From: Methylocella sp.
Lineage (GTDB): Bacteria; Pseudomonadota; Alphaproteobacteria; Rhizobiales; Beijerinckiaceae
Assembly: GCA_035509135.1 (NCBI GenBank)
Contig: DATJLX010000012.1
Span: forward strand, 1-51,214
DNA length: 51,214 bases
Direction: 5' to 3'
The position numbers and the translations under genes are program-made. Positions 21,828 through 31,450 of this stretch are shown one piece after another. Position 1 is the stretch's first letter, and every line of letters starts with the position of its first letter. The notes below the pieces were generated by a model that searched no databases, was not told the DNA's origin, and was given only the letters and a program-made list of their open reading frames with translations.

Positions 21828-23261
21828 ATGCAGGATTGTCCATTGAAATACATTTCGACGCGCGGCGAGGCGCCACCGGTTCCTTTCATTGAGACCCTGC
21901 TCGCAGGCCTCGCGCCGGACGGGGGCCTTTATTTGCCGGAAGCTTACCCGCAACTCTCGCAAGCGAGAATCGCTGGCTTCGCCGGCAGGCCATACACGGA
22001 GGTAGCAGAGGCAATCATTGCGCCTTACCTATCTGACGATATTGAGATGGGAGCGTTGCGGGAAATGATCGCTGCGGCTTACGCGAATTTCCGGCACCAG
22101 GCGGTCGCCCCCTTAACTCAGCTCGATTCCAATCTTTTTGTGCTGGAATTGTTTCACGGACCGACGCTCGCCTTCAAGGATCTGGCGATGCAACTCCTCG
22201 CCAAGCTCATAGACCATGTTCTCGCGGCACGGAGCGAGCGGGCGACGATCATTGGCGCAACCTCCGGCGATACGGGTGCCGCGGCGATCCAGGCCTTTGC
22301 CGGTCTCGCTCATGTCGATGTGTTTATCCTTTATCCGCATGGCCGCGTATCGGAGATGCAGCGACTCCAAATGACCACGGTCGAAGCCGATAATATTCAC
22401 ACAATCGCGCTGGAAGGCACGTTTGACGATGCGCAGGCCTGCGTCAAGACCATGTTCAACCACAAGTCCCTGCGCGATGACCTTAATCTTTGCGGAGTGA
22501 ATTCGATCAATTTTGCGCGCATCCTGTTCCAGACCGTCTATTATTTCACCAGTGCCATTGCGCTTGGCGGGCCGCACCGGCGTGTGTCCTTTGTCGTGCC
22601 AACTGGCAATTTCGGCGATATTTTCGCGGGCTGGATGGCCAAACGCATGGGCCTTCCCGTTGACCGCCTGGTGATCGCCACGAATGCCAACGATATTCTC
22701 GCGCGCACGCTCGGCAGCGGCGACTATGCGGTCCGGAAGGTTCAGCCAACCCAATCGCCCTCGATGGATATTCAGGTGTCATCGAATTTCGAACGGCTGC
22801 TTTTCGAAACGCTTGGCCGCGATGCCGGCGCGCTGTGCCGCTTGATGGCGGGGTTGCGGCAATCGCAAAGATTTTCCATCGAACCTGGCCCGCTTCAGGC
22901 CATTCGCGCCGAGTTCGACTCATTCAGCGTTACCGAGGCCGAAACCACCCAGGAAATCGCCCGTGGCTGGCGCGAAGCGGGCTACCTCGCCGACCCCCAC
23001 ACCGCCGTCGGCCTCAGCGCCGCGCACAAGACCAAATTGAGCGGAGAGGCAAGCCCGCTCGTTGTTCTTGCCACCGCGCATCCCGGCAAATTCCCGGATG
23101 CGATCGAGCGAGCGACCAGCCTGCGGCCAGACCCGCCACGCCCTCTTGCCGGTCTCTCCAAAAGACATGAGAGGTTTGCGATTTTGCATAACGACCAAGA
23201 TGAAATCGAGCGTTTCATTCGTGCCCGCGCCACACGCGCGGTGAAGCGGGCCGCGTCATGA
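21828..23261 (+). CDS. thrC: Threonine synthase
   Basis: YISTRG, GLAPDGGLY, ELFHGPTLAFKD, ATSGDTG, VPTGNFG, TAHPGKF. Confidence 0.96.
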   Translation: MQDCPLKYISTRGEAPPVPFIETLLAGLAPDGGLYLPEAYPQLSQARIAGFAGRPYTEVAEAIIAPYLSDDIEMGALREMIAAAYANFRHQAVAPLTQLDSNLFVLELFHGPTLAFKDLAMQLLAKLIDHVLAARSERATIIGATSGDTGAAAIQAFAGLAHVDVFILYPHGRVSEMQRLQMTTVEADNIHTIALEGTFDDAQACVKTMFNHKSLRDDLNLCGVNSINFARILFQTVYYFTSAIALGGPHRRVSFVVPTGNFGDIFAGWMAKRMGLPVDRLVIATNANDILARTLGSGDYAVRKVQPTQSPSMDIQVSSNFERLLFETLGRDAGALCRLMAGLRQSQRFSIEPGPLQAIRAEFDSFSVTEAETTQEIARGWREAGYLADPHTAVGLSAAHKTKLSGEASPLVVLATAHPGKFPDAIERATSLRPDPPRPLAGLSKRHERFAILHNDQDEIERFIRARATRAVKRAAS

Positions 23262-24523
23262 GTGTCGAAATCACCACTTTGCCATCCGGCCTCAAGATTG
23301 CCACCCAGCGCATGGCGCATCTTGAGACCGCTTCGCTTGGTGTTTTTGTCGGCGCCGGATCGCGCCATGAGCGAACGAATGAGCATGGCCTGTCGCATTT
23401 GCTCGAACATATGGCATTCAAGGGAACACGGCGGCGGTCGGCGCGCGAGATTGCAGAGGAAATCGAGACCGCCGGCGGCGATCTCAACGCGGCGACAAGC
23501 ACCGAACATACCGCCTACTATGCCCATGTCTTGGGAGGCGACGTTCCGCTCGCCCTCGACATCCTCGCCGATATCTTGACGGAAAGCACCTTCGACAGCA
23601 TTGAGCTCGAGCGCGAAAAGGGCGTCATTTTGCAGGAAATTGGCGCGGTCGAAGATACGCCCGACGATCTCGTATTTGAATTATTGAACTCAACCGCATT
23701 TCCCAATCAATCGATTGGGCGTCCGATTCTCGGGACACGGGAACAAGTGTCAGGGTTTGGCAGGGATGCCATCAGTACCTATCTTGCCGCGCATTATCGG
23801 GCCGGCGCGACGGTGATAGCGGCGGCCGGAGCGGTCGACCACGCTTCGATCTGCAACGAGGCCGAGCGCCGTTTCGGGCGCCTCTCCTCGCAAGACATCG
23901 AAACCAAGACCGTCCCCGCGCGCTATCAGGGCGGCGACACGCGCATGAAGCGGCGGCTCGAACAGGCACATCTCACCATAGGCTTCGAAGGCACGAGCTA
24001 CGCGCACGAGGACTTCTATGCCATGCAAATATTCGCGAGCGCCGCGGGTGGCGGCATGTCCTCGCGTCTGTTTCAGGAGGTGCGCGAGGCGCGCGGGCTC
24101 GCCTATTCCATCCACGCCTTTCATTGGGGCTATTCGGACACCGGTGTGTTCGGCTTTTATGCCGCGACGAGCGCGAGGGATGTCAGCGCGTTGCTTCCCG
24201 TTGCGCTCGACTGTCTGGGGCAAGCGGCGCTTAACTTGAGTGGTGCCGAAGTGCGCCGAGCCAAGGCGCAGATGAAAGTTTCGCTTCTCGCGGCGCTCGA
24301 ATCGCCCGCCGCCCGTTGCGAACAAATCGCCCGGCAGTTGATTGCCTTCAACCGGGTCCTGACCCGCGATGAGGTCATAACGGCCATTGACCGCCTGGAC
24401 GTTGCCCAAATCCGTGCTGCTGGCGCCCGCGCGCTGCGTTCGGCACCCACCGTCGCCGCGATCGGCCCGGTGGCCAGGGCGTTTACGCCGGAACGTGTCG
24501 CCGCCCGGCTGCGCGGGCTCTGA
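23258..24523 (+). CDS. M16 (pitrilysin family) zinc peptidase
   Basis: HLLEH inverted zincin motif; GGGMSSRLFQEVRE.RGLAYS. Confidence 0.92.
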   Translation: MSVEITTLPSGLKIATQRMAHLETASLGVFVGAGSRHERTNEHGLSHLLEHMAFKGTRRRSAREIAEEIETAGGDLNAATSTEHTAYYAHVLGGDVPLALDILADILTESTFDSIELEREKGVILQEIGAVEDTPDDLVFELLNSTAFPNQSIGRPILGTREQVSGFGRDAISTYLAAHYRAGATVIAAAGAVDHASICNEAERRFGRLSSQDIETKTVPARYQGGDTRMKRRLEQAHLTIGFEGTSYAHEDFYAMQIFASAAGGGMSSRLFQEVREARGLAYSIHAFHWGYSDTGVFGFYAATSARDVSALLPVALDCLGQAALNLSGAEVRRAKAQMKVSLLAALESPAARCEQIARQLIAFNRVLTRDEVITAIDRLDVAQIRAAGARALRSAPTVAAIGPVARAFTPERVAARLRGL

Positions 24524-24537
24524 AGGAGCGGCTCTCC

Positions 24538-25149
24538 ATGGCCCTCTTCCGTCTCTATCCCGTTATTTATCCCTCTACTCTCGTGCGCGGCAAAGGGATC
24601 TACCTCCGGCCGCCAGAAATGCGCGATTATGAAGCCTGGGCGGATTTGCGTGCGCAAAGCCGTGCTTTTTTGACTCCATGGGAGCCTACCTGGCCAACCG
24701 ACGATCTCACACGCGCGTCGTTCCGGCGCCGGGTCCGGCGGAATAACCTGGAAATCTACAATGATGAAGCCTACCCTTTTCTGATCTTTCGTGACGATGA
24801 TGTGCTCGCGGGAGGCCTCACCCTCGGGCAGATCAAGCGCGGCGTGGTGCAGGCGGCAACGCTCGGATATTGGATCGGCGCGCCGCTGGCCAGGCAAGGC
24901 TTGATGTCCGCCGCGGTCCGGGCGGTCACTGGCTACGCTTTCGCCACCCTTCGCCTACACCGGATCGAAGCTTCCTGCCTGCCCCACAATGAAGCCTCAA
25001 TAAAGCTCTTGGAACGGACAGGATTTACCCGTGAAGGCTATGCGCGTGCCTATCTGCGGATCAATGGGGTTTGGCAGGATCATTTGCTCTATGGCTTGCT
25101 GGAAACCGATCCGCCGCCTGTTCGCGTGGCGCAGCGGAACAAGAAGTGA
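24538..25149 (+). CDS. rimJ: RimJ-like GNAT N-acetyltransferase
   Basis: FLTPWEPTW, TLGYWIG, LHRIEASCLPHNEAS, INGVWQDH. Confidence 0.85.
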   Translation: MALFRLYPVIYPSTLVRGKGIYLRPPEMRDYEAWADLRAQSRAFLTPWEPTWPTDDLTRASFRRRVRRNNLEIYNDEAYPFLIFRDDDVLAGGLTLGQIKRGVVQAATLGYWIGAPLARQGLMSAAVRAVTGYAFATLRLHRIEASCLPHNEASIKLLERTGFTREGYARAYLRINGVWQDHLLYGLLETDPPPVRVAQRNKK

Positions 25150-25167
25150 TCGCGGGTTTCAGCATGA

Positions 25168-25617
25168 TCAACGCCGGAGCAACAGTCCGGCCGCCGAGGC
25201 CGCGTGGCCCGCCTGCCAAGTCAGGACGAAATAAATCATGATCAAGACAAAATTGGCGCCGACCCAGAGAACCGAAAAGAACCCTGGGATCGTGAGGGCA
25301 ACGACGATTTGCGCGATCGCGCCAAGAAGCCAAATGACGCCGCCCCAAGGCACCGCCAGCCACAAGCCAACCGCCGCAACAAAATCAAAAATTGCAAAAA
25401 AAACTACCGCCGCCCCGCGTGCCGCGCTCACCGTGTCGAGCAAGGATTCCGGTGGCAGCAGGATCGCAGCCCATTGCATGAGCCCCTGTAGGACCCAAAG
25501 TCCCGCGAGAAGGCGCATGAAGACGACGAGCCAGAGTCCCGCGCGATTCTCCGCCCCGGCGATGTGAGCAGGCTCGTCAAGGCGAATGGCTGCACCCGAA
25601 TCCGGAGGCACCGACAT
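25168..25617 (-). CDS. DUF6163-like membrane protein
   Basis: Four hydrophobic segments with DFVAAVGLWL..PWGGVIW; co-oriented with the upstream hydrolase. Confidence 0.7.
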   Translation of the reverse strand: MSVPPDSGAAIRLDEPAHIAGAENRAGLWLVVFMRLLAGLWVLQGLMQWAAILLPPESLLDTVSAARGAAVVFFAIFDFVAAVGLWLAVPWGGVIWLLGAIAQIVVALTIPGFFSVLWVGANFVLIMIYFVLTWQAGHAASAAGLLLRR

Positions 25618-25640
25618 CTTGCTTAAACCGCGCCAGAACT

Positions 25641-26708
25641 TCATGGAGCACCAATGTGCGGGCCAAATTCGAGTTCGCCTTCGTGAAGCGGCGCGAAATA
25701 GGAGTCGACGCTGATGACGTCGGCGCTTTCCAGCGCATCAGGCTTCCAGCGGGGGCGATTGTCCTTATCGATGATTACCGCACGAACGCCCTCGTAAAAA
25801 TCATGGCCCCTGGCGATCCGCGAGACGATGCGGAACTCGGTCCGCAAAGCCTCGCCAATGTCGAGCGTGGCTCCAATTCGCATCTGACGCAAGGCAATCG
25901 CAAGACTCGTTGGCGATTTGGAGGCAATCGCATGGCCAGCGGAACGCGCGAAGACCGAGCCGGCTTCGCCTGCGTCATCGAGATTGGCCAGGATGGAAGC
26001 CAGCGTCCCGGCCGAGAAACAGCGCTCGATCAATGGGCCTTGCTGCGCGAGCACCTGAGCGGCCGGCGGTGCCTGTTCGGCCGCTATCGCGGTCTTGATA
26101 TCCTCGCCACGGATCAGCCTTTGAGCAAACTCAGCTTGCCGTGCCGCGGGAATATGGACACCGGCGATCCCAAAGTCTAGCGCGTCGCCGCACGACAGCC
26201 GGGCGCCGGTCAAGGCAAGATAGACACCGACGTGCGAAGGCAAGCGCGGCAGAAAAAAAGTCGCGCCAACATCGGGGAAAAAGCCGATGCCGGCTTCCGG
26301 CATGGCGAAAGTGAAATTTTCGCCCGCGATGACATGCGAGCCATGCAAGGAGAGCCCGGCGCCTCCGCCCATCACAATCCCGTCCACCAAAGCGACATAG
26401 GGCTTGGAATAGAGCTTGATGCGGCGATTGAGCCGATATTCCTCGCGCCAAAAGTCGAGCTGCTCGGCATGACGCCCGGCCTTGCCGAGATCATATAAGA
26501 TCCGGATGTCGCCGCCCGCGCAAAAGGCCTTGCCGCCCTCCCCCTTGATGATGACGCGGCCGACCTCCGCGTCCTTTTCCCACTGGTCCAGCGCGCCTGC
26601 CATCGTGCGCACCATAGTCAAAGTCAGCGCATTGAGCGCTTTGGGACGATTAAGCGTGATGATGCCGCAACAGCCCATTTTCGCGCAAATGATTTCCGGT
26701 TCGCTCAT
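25641..26708 (-). CDS. Enoyl-CoA hydratase/isomerase family, 3-hydroxyisobutyryl-CoA hydrolase-like
   Basis: LNRPKALNAL, AFCAGGDI, GIVMGGG, MPEAGIGFFPDVG, DFYEGVRA.IIDKD. Confidence 0.92.
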   Translation of the reverse strand: MSEPEIICAKMGCCGIITLNRPKALNALTLTMVRTMAGALDQWEKDAEVGRVIIKGEGGKAFCAGGDIRILYDLGKAGRHAEQLDFWREEYRLNRRIKLYSKPYVALVDGIVMGGGAGLSLHGSHVIAGENFTFAMPEAGIGFFPDVGATFFLPRLPSHVGVYLALTGARLSCGDALDFGIAGVHIPAARQAEFAQRLIRGEDIKTAIAAEQAPPAAQVLAQQGPLIERCFSAGTLASILANLDDAGEAGSVFARSAGHAIASKSPTSLAIALRQMRIGATLDIGEALRTEFRIVSRIARGHDFYEGVRAVIIDKDNRPRWKPDALESADVISVDSYFAPLHEGELEFGPHIGAP

Positions 26709-26776
26709 GGCCTCTCAAGCGTCCGGGAATGGCATGCCCATGGAAGAATCATTCGGCCAAACATTGCCACGGCGCT

Positions 26777-27676
26777 CTATTTCGCGCAGCTCGGCTCGCT
26801 CAGAAGCTCAAGACTGGACATTTCCCCGGCGAGAACGAAATCGCCATAATCGAGTCTGAGAGCGCGCGAAATGCCGTTTTCATAAAGGTCGAACGACAAA
26901 ATATAGCTTGGCGCGTCGTCCTTCTTGCCACTTTCAAAATAGCTGATGGAAACCGGCCAGCGCCGGATATTGTCAAGTTCCGGGATGTGAGCCGCTTTCT
27001 CGACGGCGGGATCGGCTATTGGGTGGCCAATGTAGGTCGTCGTTTCATAGACCTTTTCGCCAGTCTCGGAACCATCATAGACCTTGACTTCAAGCAAATT
27101 CTCCCCCGCTTCTGCCGCGGCGAGAATGCGTTTCAAATGTTCCGTCGGAAACACCACGCCGGAATCAAGTTCGAACTTGCCGCGCTTTGGTTTGGTGAGG
27201 TTGACCGACAAATGACCGGTTGCCGATTTCCAAGCCTTGCCATCCACCGATTCGGCGGCGCCGTTATCAATACTCGTCTGAAGCTTGAAGTCGAAATTCC
27301 GGCCATCGACGTCTTCATAAGTCGCCGAATGCATGTCCGACACGCGGGTGGGGCCTTCAGCAGGCTGCAATTCGGTCAATTGCCGGAAATTTTGGACATA
27401 GCCGTCGCAGGCGGAGCCGGTGAAATCGAACGCGATGCGTCCATGTGCATCTGTGGGGCTCTTGCTGCCAACCGATTTCGCAAGGGTCAATTCATACACC
27501 GCGCGATGCGAAACGAGCGAAATCCCCTTTGTGAGACTTGGCTTCGCTTGCACTGGCGGCGCGGCATTAGGCGTCGCCGCGTTGGTTGCCGACGCTATAT
27601 GAAGCGAGGGGGAGAACGTGGCCAAGGCCAAGGTGATCGCGGTGGCAAACAGTAGGCGGGCATGACATGCGAGCAT
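26777..27676 (-). CDS. eipB: Cell envelope integrity protein EipB (DUF1849)
   Basis: Signal peptide, HRAVYEL.L, GSACDGY, FPTEH, YENGISR.L.LDYGDF, terminal Cys. Confidence 0.85.
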   Translation of the reverse strand: MLACHARLLFATAITLALATFSPSLHIASATNAATPNAAPPVQAKPSLTKGISLVSHRAVYELTLAKSVGSKSPTDAHGRIAFDFTGSACDGYVQNFRQLTELQPAEGPTRVSDMHSATYEDVDGRNFDFKLQTSIDNGAAESVDGKAWKSATGHLSVNLTKPKRGKFELDSGVVFPTEHLKRILAAAEAGENLLEVKVYDGSETGEKVYETTTYIGHPIADPAVEKAAHIPELDNIRRWPVSISYFESGKKDDAPSYILSFDLYENGISRALRLDYGDFVLAGEMSSLELLSEPSCAK

Positions 27677-28104
27677 GAGTGTTGGTTCCTCAAACGATAA
27701 GCGAACACGCGCCGGGAAAATTCAACTCACGGTCAGAAAACGCACAATCACAGGCGGGCTCGCGAACGCAGGGCAAGGCATTGACCGAGAGCTTTGCCCA
27801 TTATGAAAACATCGCCCACCCCGGACGCCAGAGAAACCATTCAAAGAAGGCGCTGGCTAGAAGCCGTGGCATTCTCCGTCCGCTTAGGCCAATCAGCAAG
27901 CCGCGCATCTCTCTGTTTTAAGACCATGCCCTGGATTTTCCAGAAACAGGCTTTCGCCAGACATGCGCCAATTTCGTTTTGACCGTGGAGTTTAGAATTT
28001 CAAGGCGCCACTGGCAACCCTGTCCAGGCGGCTAACCTCTTCGCCCTTTACAATCAACGGGTTTTGCGCTTTTTGGGTACCCTCAGGAATGCGGAGTTTT
28101 GATC

Positions 28105-28578
28105 ATGAGCGCCGAACAAAGATTGGCGGCCTTAGGGATCGCATTGCCCTCTCCGGCGGCGCCAGTCGCCAACTATCTTCCCTTTGTGATTTCTGGCTCG
28201 TTCCTCGTTGTCTCCGGCCAGCTTCCCTTTGGACCGGATGGCAAGATCGATCCCGCGCATACCGGAAAGCTCGGCGCCGGGGTGTCCCATGCCGCGGGAC
28301 AGGCCGCCGCCCGCTTATGCGTCATTAATAGTCTCGCGCAAGCCAAGGGCGCCCTGGGCGATCTGGATCGGATCGCGCGCTGCATTAGACTTGGCGGTTT
28401 CATCAATGCCGCGCCGGGTTTCACCAGTCTGGCCGGCGTCATGAATGGCGCCTCGGATTTTATCGTCGAGGTCCTAGGCGACAAGGGCCGTCATGCGCGA
28501 TCGACCGTTGGCGTCGCCGAATTGCCCTTGGATTGCGCCGTCGAAATCGAGGCTTTGTTTGAGATCGAGGGCGCATGA
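28105..28578 (+). CDS. RidA/YjgF family protein
   Basis: PVANY, SGQLP, NGASD, GRHARSTVGV..LP...AVEIE. Confidence 0.9.
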   Translation: MSAEQRLAALGIALPSPAAPVANYLPFVISGSFLVVSGQLPFGPDGKIDPAHTGKLGAGVSHAAGQAAARLCVINSLAQAKGALGDLDRIARCIRLGGFINAAPGFTSLAGVMNGASDFIVEVLGDKGRHARSTVGVAELPLDCAVEIEALFEIEGA

Positions 28579-29336
28579 AACAGCGGAAGGTAAATGCCCC
28601 GGACTGGCTGACGGCGCGGCCCATCGCGCACCGGGGTCTTCATTCCAAACAGACCAGATTGCTCGAAAATACGCTCGCTGCGGCGGAAGCTGCGATCAAT
28701 AAGGATTATGCGATCGAGTGCGACGTCCAGTGCACGCGAGATGGCGAAGCGGTGGTGTTCCATGATTTTACCCTGGACCGCTTGATGCGAGCGGAAGGCC
28801 GCGTCGATGCGTTCAGCGCGCGCGAACTCGGCCGTTTGGCCTATAAGGACAGCGATCAAAGGATCGTTTCGCTTGCGGATTTTCTCGCTCGCGTCGGTGG
28901 CCGCACTCCGGTCATCGTCTCGATCAAAAGCCGTTGCAATGGCGATATGCGTGTTGCAGACCGGGCCTTGGCCACCGTGGCTACCTATGAGGGGCCAATT
29001 TGCCTCAAAAGCTTCGATCCGGCCGTTCTCGTCCATTTGCGCGGAGCTGGCTCCGCCTGCCCTGTCGGCCTTGTCGCACAAGCGCACTACACGGAAGACG
29101 AATGGACCCATCTTTCGCAAGAGAGGCGCGCGGCATTCGTTGATCGCCGGGACTTTCCGTTTGCGCAGCCGGATTTCCTATCCTGGAATCTAGGCGACTT
29201 GCCGCATGCCGTACCGATGCTTTGCCGGGAAGGCATTGGGATGCCTGTCATGACCTGGACTGTGCGTTCGCAAACGGATCTGACGCACGGGCGCGCTTGG
29301 GCGGATCAAGTTATTTTTGAAGGATTTGAACCTTGA
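28575..29336 (+). CDS. Glycerophosphodiester phosphodiesterase family protein
   Basis: IAHRGLH, EN, IECDV, VFHD..L.R, SFDP, WTV, IFEGF. Confidence 0.88.
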   Translation: MKQRKVNAPDWLTARPIAHRGLHSKQTRLLENTLAAAEAAINKDYAIECDVQCTRDGEAVVFHDFTLDRLMRAEGRVDAFSARELGRLAYKDSDQRIVSLADFLARVGGRTPVIVSIKSRCNGDMRVADRALATVATYEGPICLKSFDPAVLVHLRGAGSACPVGLVAQAHYTEDEWTHLSQERRAAFVDRRDFPFAQPDFLSWNLGDLPHAVPMLCREGIGMPVMTWTVRSQTDLTHGRAWADQVIFEGFEP

Positions 29337-29363
29337 TCTCCGTCCGCTACGCGTTGGCGCCCC

Positions 29364-29858
29364 TCAAGTGCGCTTCAAACGCTCGTTGACGAGAAATTCG
29401 AAAGCCCGGACATAAGCGCGGTCGTCGTCGCCGCGGAACTGCGCATCGACATGCGCAATATACTCGCCAGTGGCAACATTGGCTACATAGAGATCAACCG
29501 AGGAGATTAAAGTCGAAACCTTATGGACGACCGATAGGACAGCCAGCTCGGCACCGGCGTCACGGGCAACGCCAATCCAGCATCCATTGCAAGTGTAACG
29601 GGGTTCAGTCGCCGCGATTCTTGCGGAGAAGGTCGAAAGATCGACGCTGCGATAGCGGCCGGTTTGTTCCAAAAGCTCGGTGAGTTTGGCCGTGGCAAGC
29701 TTGAGACGGTCTGCCTGGCTGGGCTTGACCCCCTCGCCGCTCGTATCCCACAACTCCACCGGAAAAACGGCCGTTGCATGCGGTTCACTGCCGGCCAGCG
29801 TGATAGCACGTTGCGGTTCACTCACCCAAAGTGACGCCACCAGTACCGCTGCGGTCAC
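29364..29858 (-). CDS. DUF2380/DUF3280-like exported protein; start uncertain
   Basis: ELWDTSGEG, CNGC, VHKVSTLI, FRGD motifs; hydrophobic N-terminus. Confidence 0.65.
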   Translation of the reverse strand: MTAAVLVASLWVSEPQRAITLAGSEPHATAVFPVELWDTSGEGVKPSQADRLKLATAKLTELLEQTGRYRSVDLSTFSARIAATEPRYTCNGCWIGVARDAGAELAVLSVVHKVSTLISSVDLYVANVATGEYIAHVDAQFRGDDDRAYVRAFEFLVNERLKRT

Positions 29859-29913
29859 ATTTCGAATAAAATGGCCGCTCGCGCGGCAGCACCTTGCTTC
29901 GGAGAAAACCCAG

Positions 29914-30261
29914 ATGTTCATCGCTATGAACCGTTTCAAAGTCATCAAGGATCAATGCAAAGCCTTCGAGGATGTGTGGCTCACGCGGGATTCGCGGCTT
30001 GCCGAAGTCAACGGCTTCGTTGCCTTCCACTTGCTGCGCGGCCCCGAGCGCGAAGACCACGTGCTTTATTCATCGCACACGATATGGGCGACGCAAGAAG
30101 ATTTCATTGCCTGGACCAAATCCGAGCAGTTTAGAGCCGCCCACCAACAAGCTGGCGAGCGCAAGCCCCTCACGCTAGGACACCCGGAATTCGAGGGGTT
30201 CGAAGCCGTCCAGAGCCTTTGGCACCCTGCTCAATCTGGCAAAGACGGTCTTGCCGTCTAG
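29914..30261 (+). CDS. ABM/IsdG-family putative heme-degrading monooxygenase (HmuQ/BhuQ-like)
   Basis: MFIAMNRF, GF..FHLLRGP, SHTIW, F.AWTKSEQFRAAH (Asn/Trp/His triad); GGAGA RBS. Confidence 0.85.
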   Translation: MFIAMNRFKVIKDQCKAFEDVWLTRDSRLAEVNGFVAFHLLRGPEREDHVLYSSHTIWATQEDFIAWTKSEQFRAAHQQAGERKPLTLGHPEFEGFEAVQSLWHPAQSGKDGLAV

Positions 30262-30269
30262 CGACACTT

Positions 30270-31076
30270 TCATTGAACGCGCGGCGCCGCGGCCTCCTCG
30301 GCTTTCCGGACCGCTTCGGCCAAGTCCCAACGGGTTTTGAAAATCGTGTCGCAAATCCCTGGCGAGCCGAACCCATCGCTGAAGCTGACATTGCTGCGGC
30401 GATGATGCTCGCCATGCGCCTTGCTTGTCACCAAGGTGGCGAGCCAAGCATGCGGTTGCAGCTGGGAGCCGGACCGATTGCTTTTCGCAAACCGGACCGC
30501 GAAATCATAACCCGAATGTTCGTAAAGCCCGCCGATGGCGCCGAGGCTCGCGACGATGAGGTGAAATGGCACATCGGCGCCGGCGCCGACAAGCGCCAGC
30601 GGAACAAGATAAGGCAGGACGATCTCAAGAAAAAAATCCGCCGCACTCATGTAGCAGGCACTGATGCTTTTGCTGGCGCCGGTCGAATGATGAAGGCTGT
30701 GCCCGAGTTTCCGGATCAGGCCAGGTCTGTGTAGCACAAAACGGTGGAAAACATATTGGACAATGTCGTGGCCAATGCCCATGAGCAGCATTCCAGCAAC
30801 AAAATGCAAGGCGCCCAAATGTGGCGGTCCCGTGAAGGCGAACCCACCATATTGAAACGCAACCATCGCCGGTAGCAGGATAAAAATCTGATTGAACAGA
30901 ACGCGCGGCAACAGTTGGAAGTAGGTCAGCCGGTCGACATCCCGGACCTTGAAGGAGGCGAGCAGGCCCGTGTGATCGCTCCACGCGAAAAGCAGCCCTA
31001 CGCCATGAAAGACGGCCATCTGCACCGCCCATGCGAGAACCGAGAGGGGTAACCACCACGGAAGAAGAGAACCCAC
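30270..31076 (-). CDS. Sterol desaturase / fatty acid hydroxylase superfamily di-iron enzyme
   Basis: His boxes HRFVLH, HSLHH, EHSG, HGEHH between membrane segments. Confidence 0.85.
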   Translation of the reverse strand: MGSLLPWWLPLSVLAWAVQMAVFHGVGLLFAWSDHTGLLASFKVRDVDRLTYFQLLPRVLFNQIFILLPAMVAFQYGGFAFTGPPHLGALHFVAGMLLMGIGHDIVQYVFHRFVLHRPGLIRKLGHSLHHSTGASKSISACYMSAADFFLEIVLPYLVPLALVGAGADVPFHLIVASLGAIGGLYEHSGYDFAVRFAKSNRSGSQLQPHAWLATLVTSKAHGEHHRRSNVSFSDGFGSPGICDTIFKTRWDLAEAVRKAEEAAAPRVQ

Positions 31077-31341
31077 GTCTTGCTATCCTTTTCAGCCAGG
31101 AGCGGTGCGCCTGGAAAGTTTTCTTATATCGTTTGCTGGCCCGCCATAGAGGTTTTGTTCCTCAAGTGCCGCCTTTCTGGCGGCCCTATCGCCCATAGAG
31201 AATATGTCTGGAGAGAAGAAGAAACGCCCACGCTGGAGCGATGCAAGACAATTTTATTGACAAAAAATGACAGGGCTGAGCTTAGGTATGGAAGCAACAA
31301 TTGACCTAAATGGCCAGTGCTTACAAAAGGCCGCGCCCACT

Positions 31342-31450
31342 CAGAGCATGAATCTTTTTGAGAAAAATCACCACGGCCTCCATGCCGGACGGCCCTTCCG
31401 ATCACATTCGGAACTTTTGCGGGGATCATGCTCCGGGGATCATGCTCTAG
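31342..31450. repeat. Miniature inverted-repeat element (about 110 bp) overlapping the GT2 stop codon
   Basis: Terminal AGAGCATGA (31343-31351) / TCATGCTCT (31440-31448), ending in CTAG; internal 14-bp tandem duplication CGGGGATCATGCTC (31420-31447). Confidence 0.75.

Noticed and set aside
26729-27655. 308-aa plus-strand ORF
   Set aside because: Antisense shadow of eipB.
27680-28100. Searched for CtrA (TTAA-N7-TTAA) and Irr ICE boxes upstream of eipB
   Set aside because: Only a half site (TTTAGAA) was seen; not supportable.
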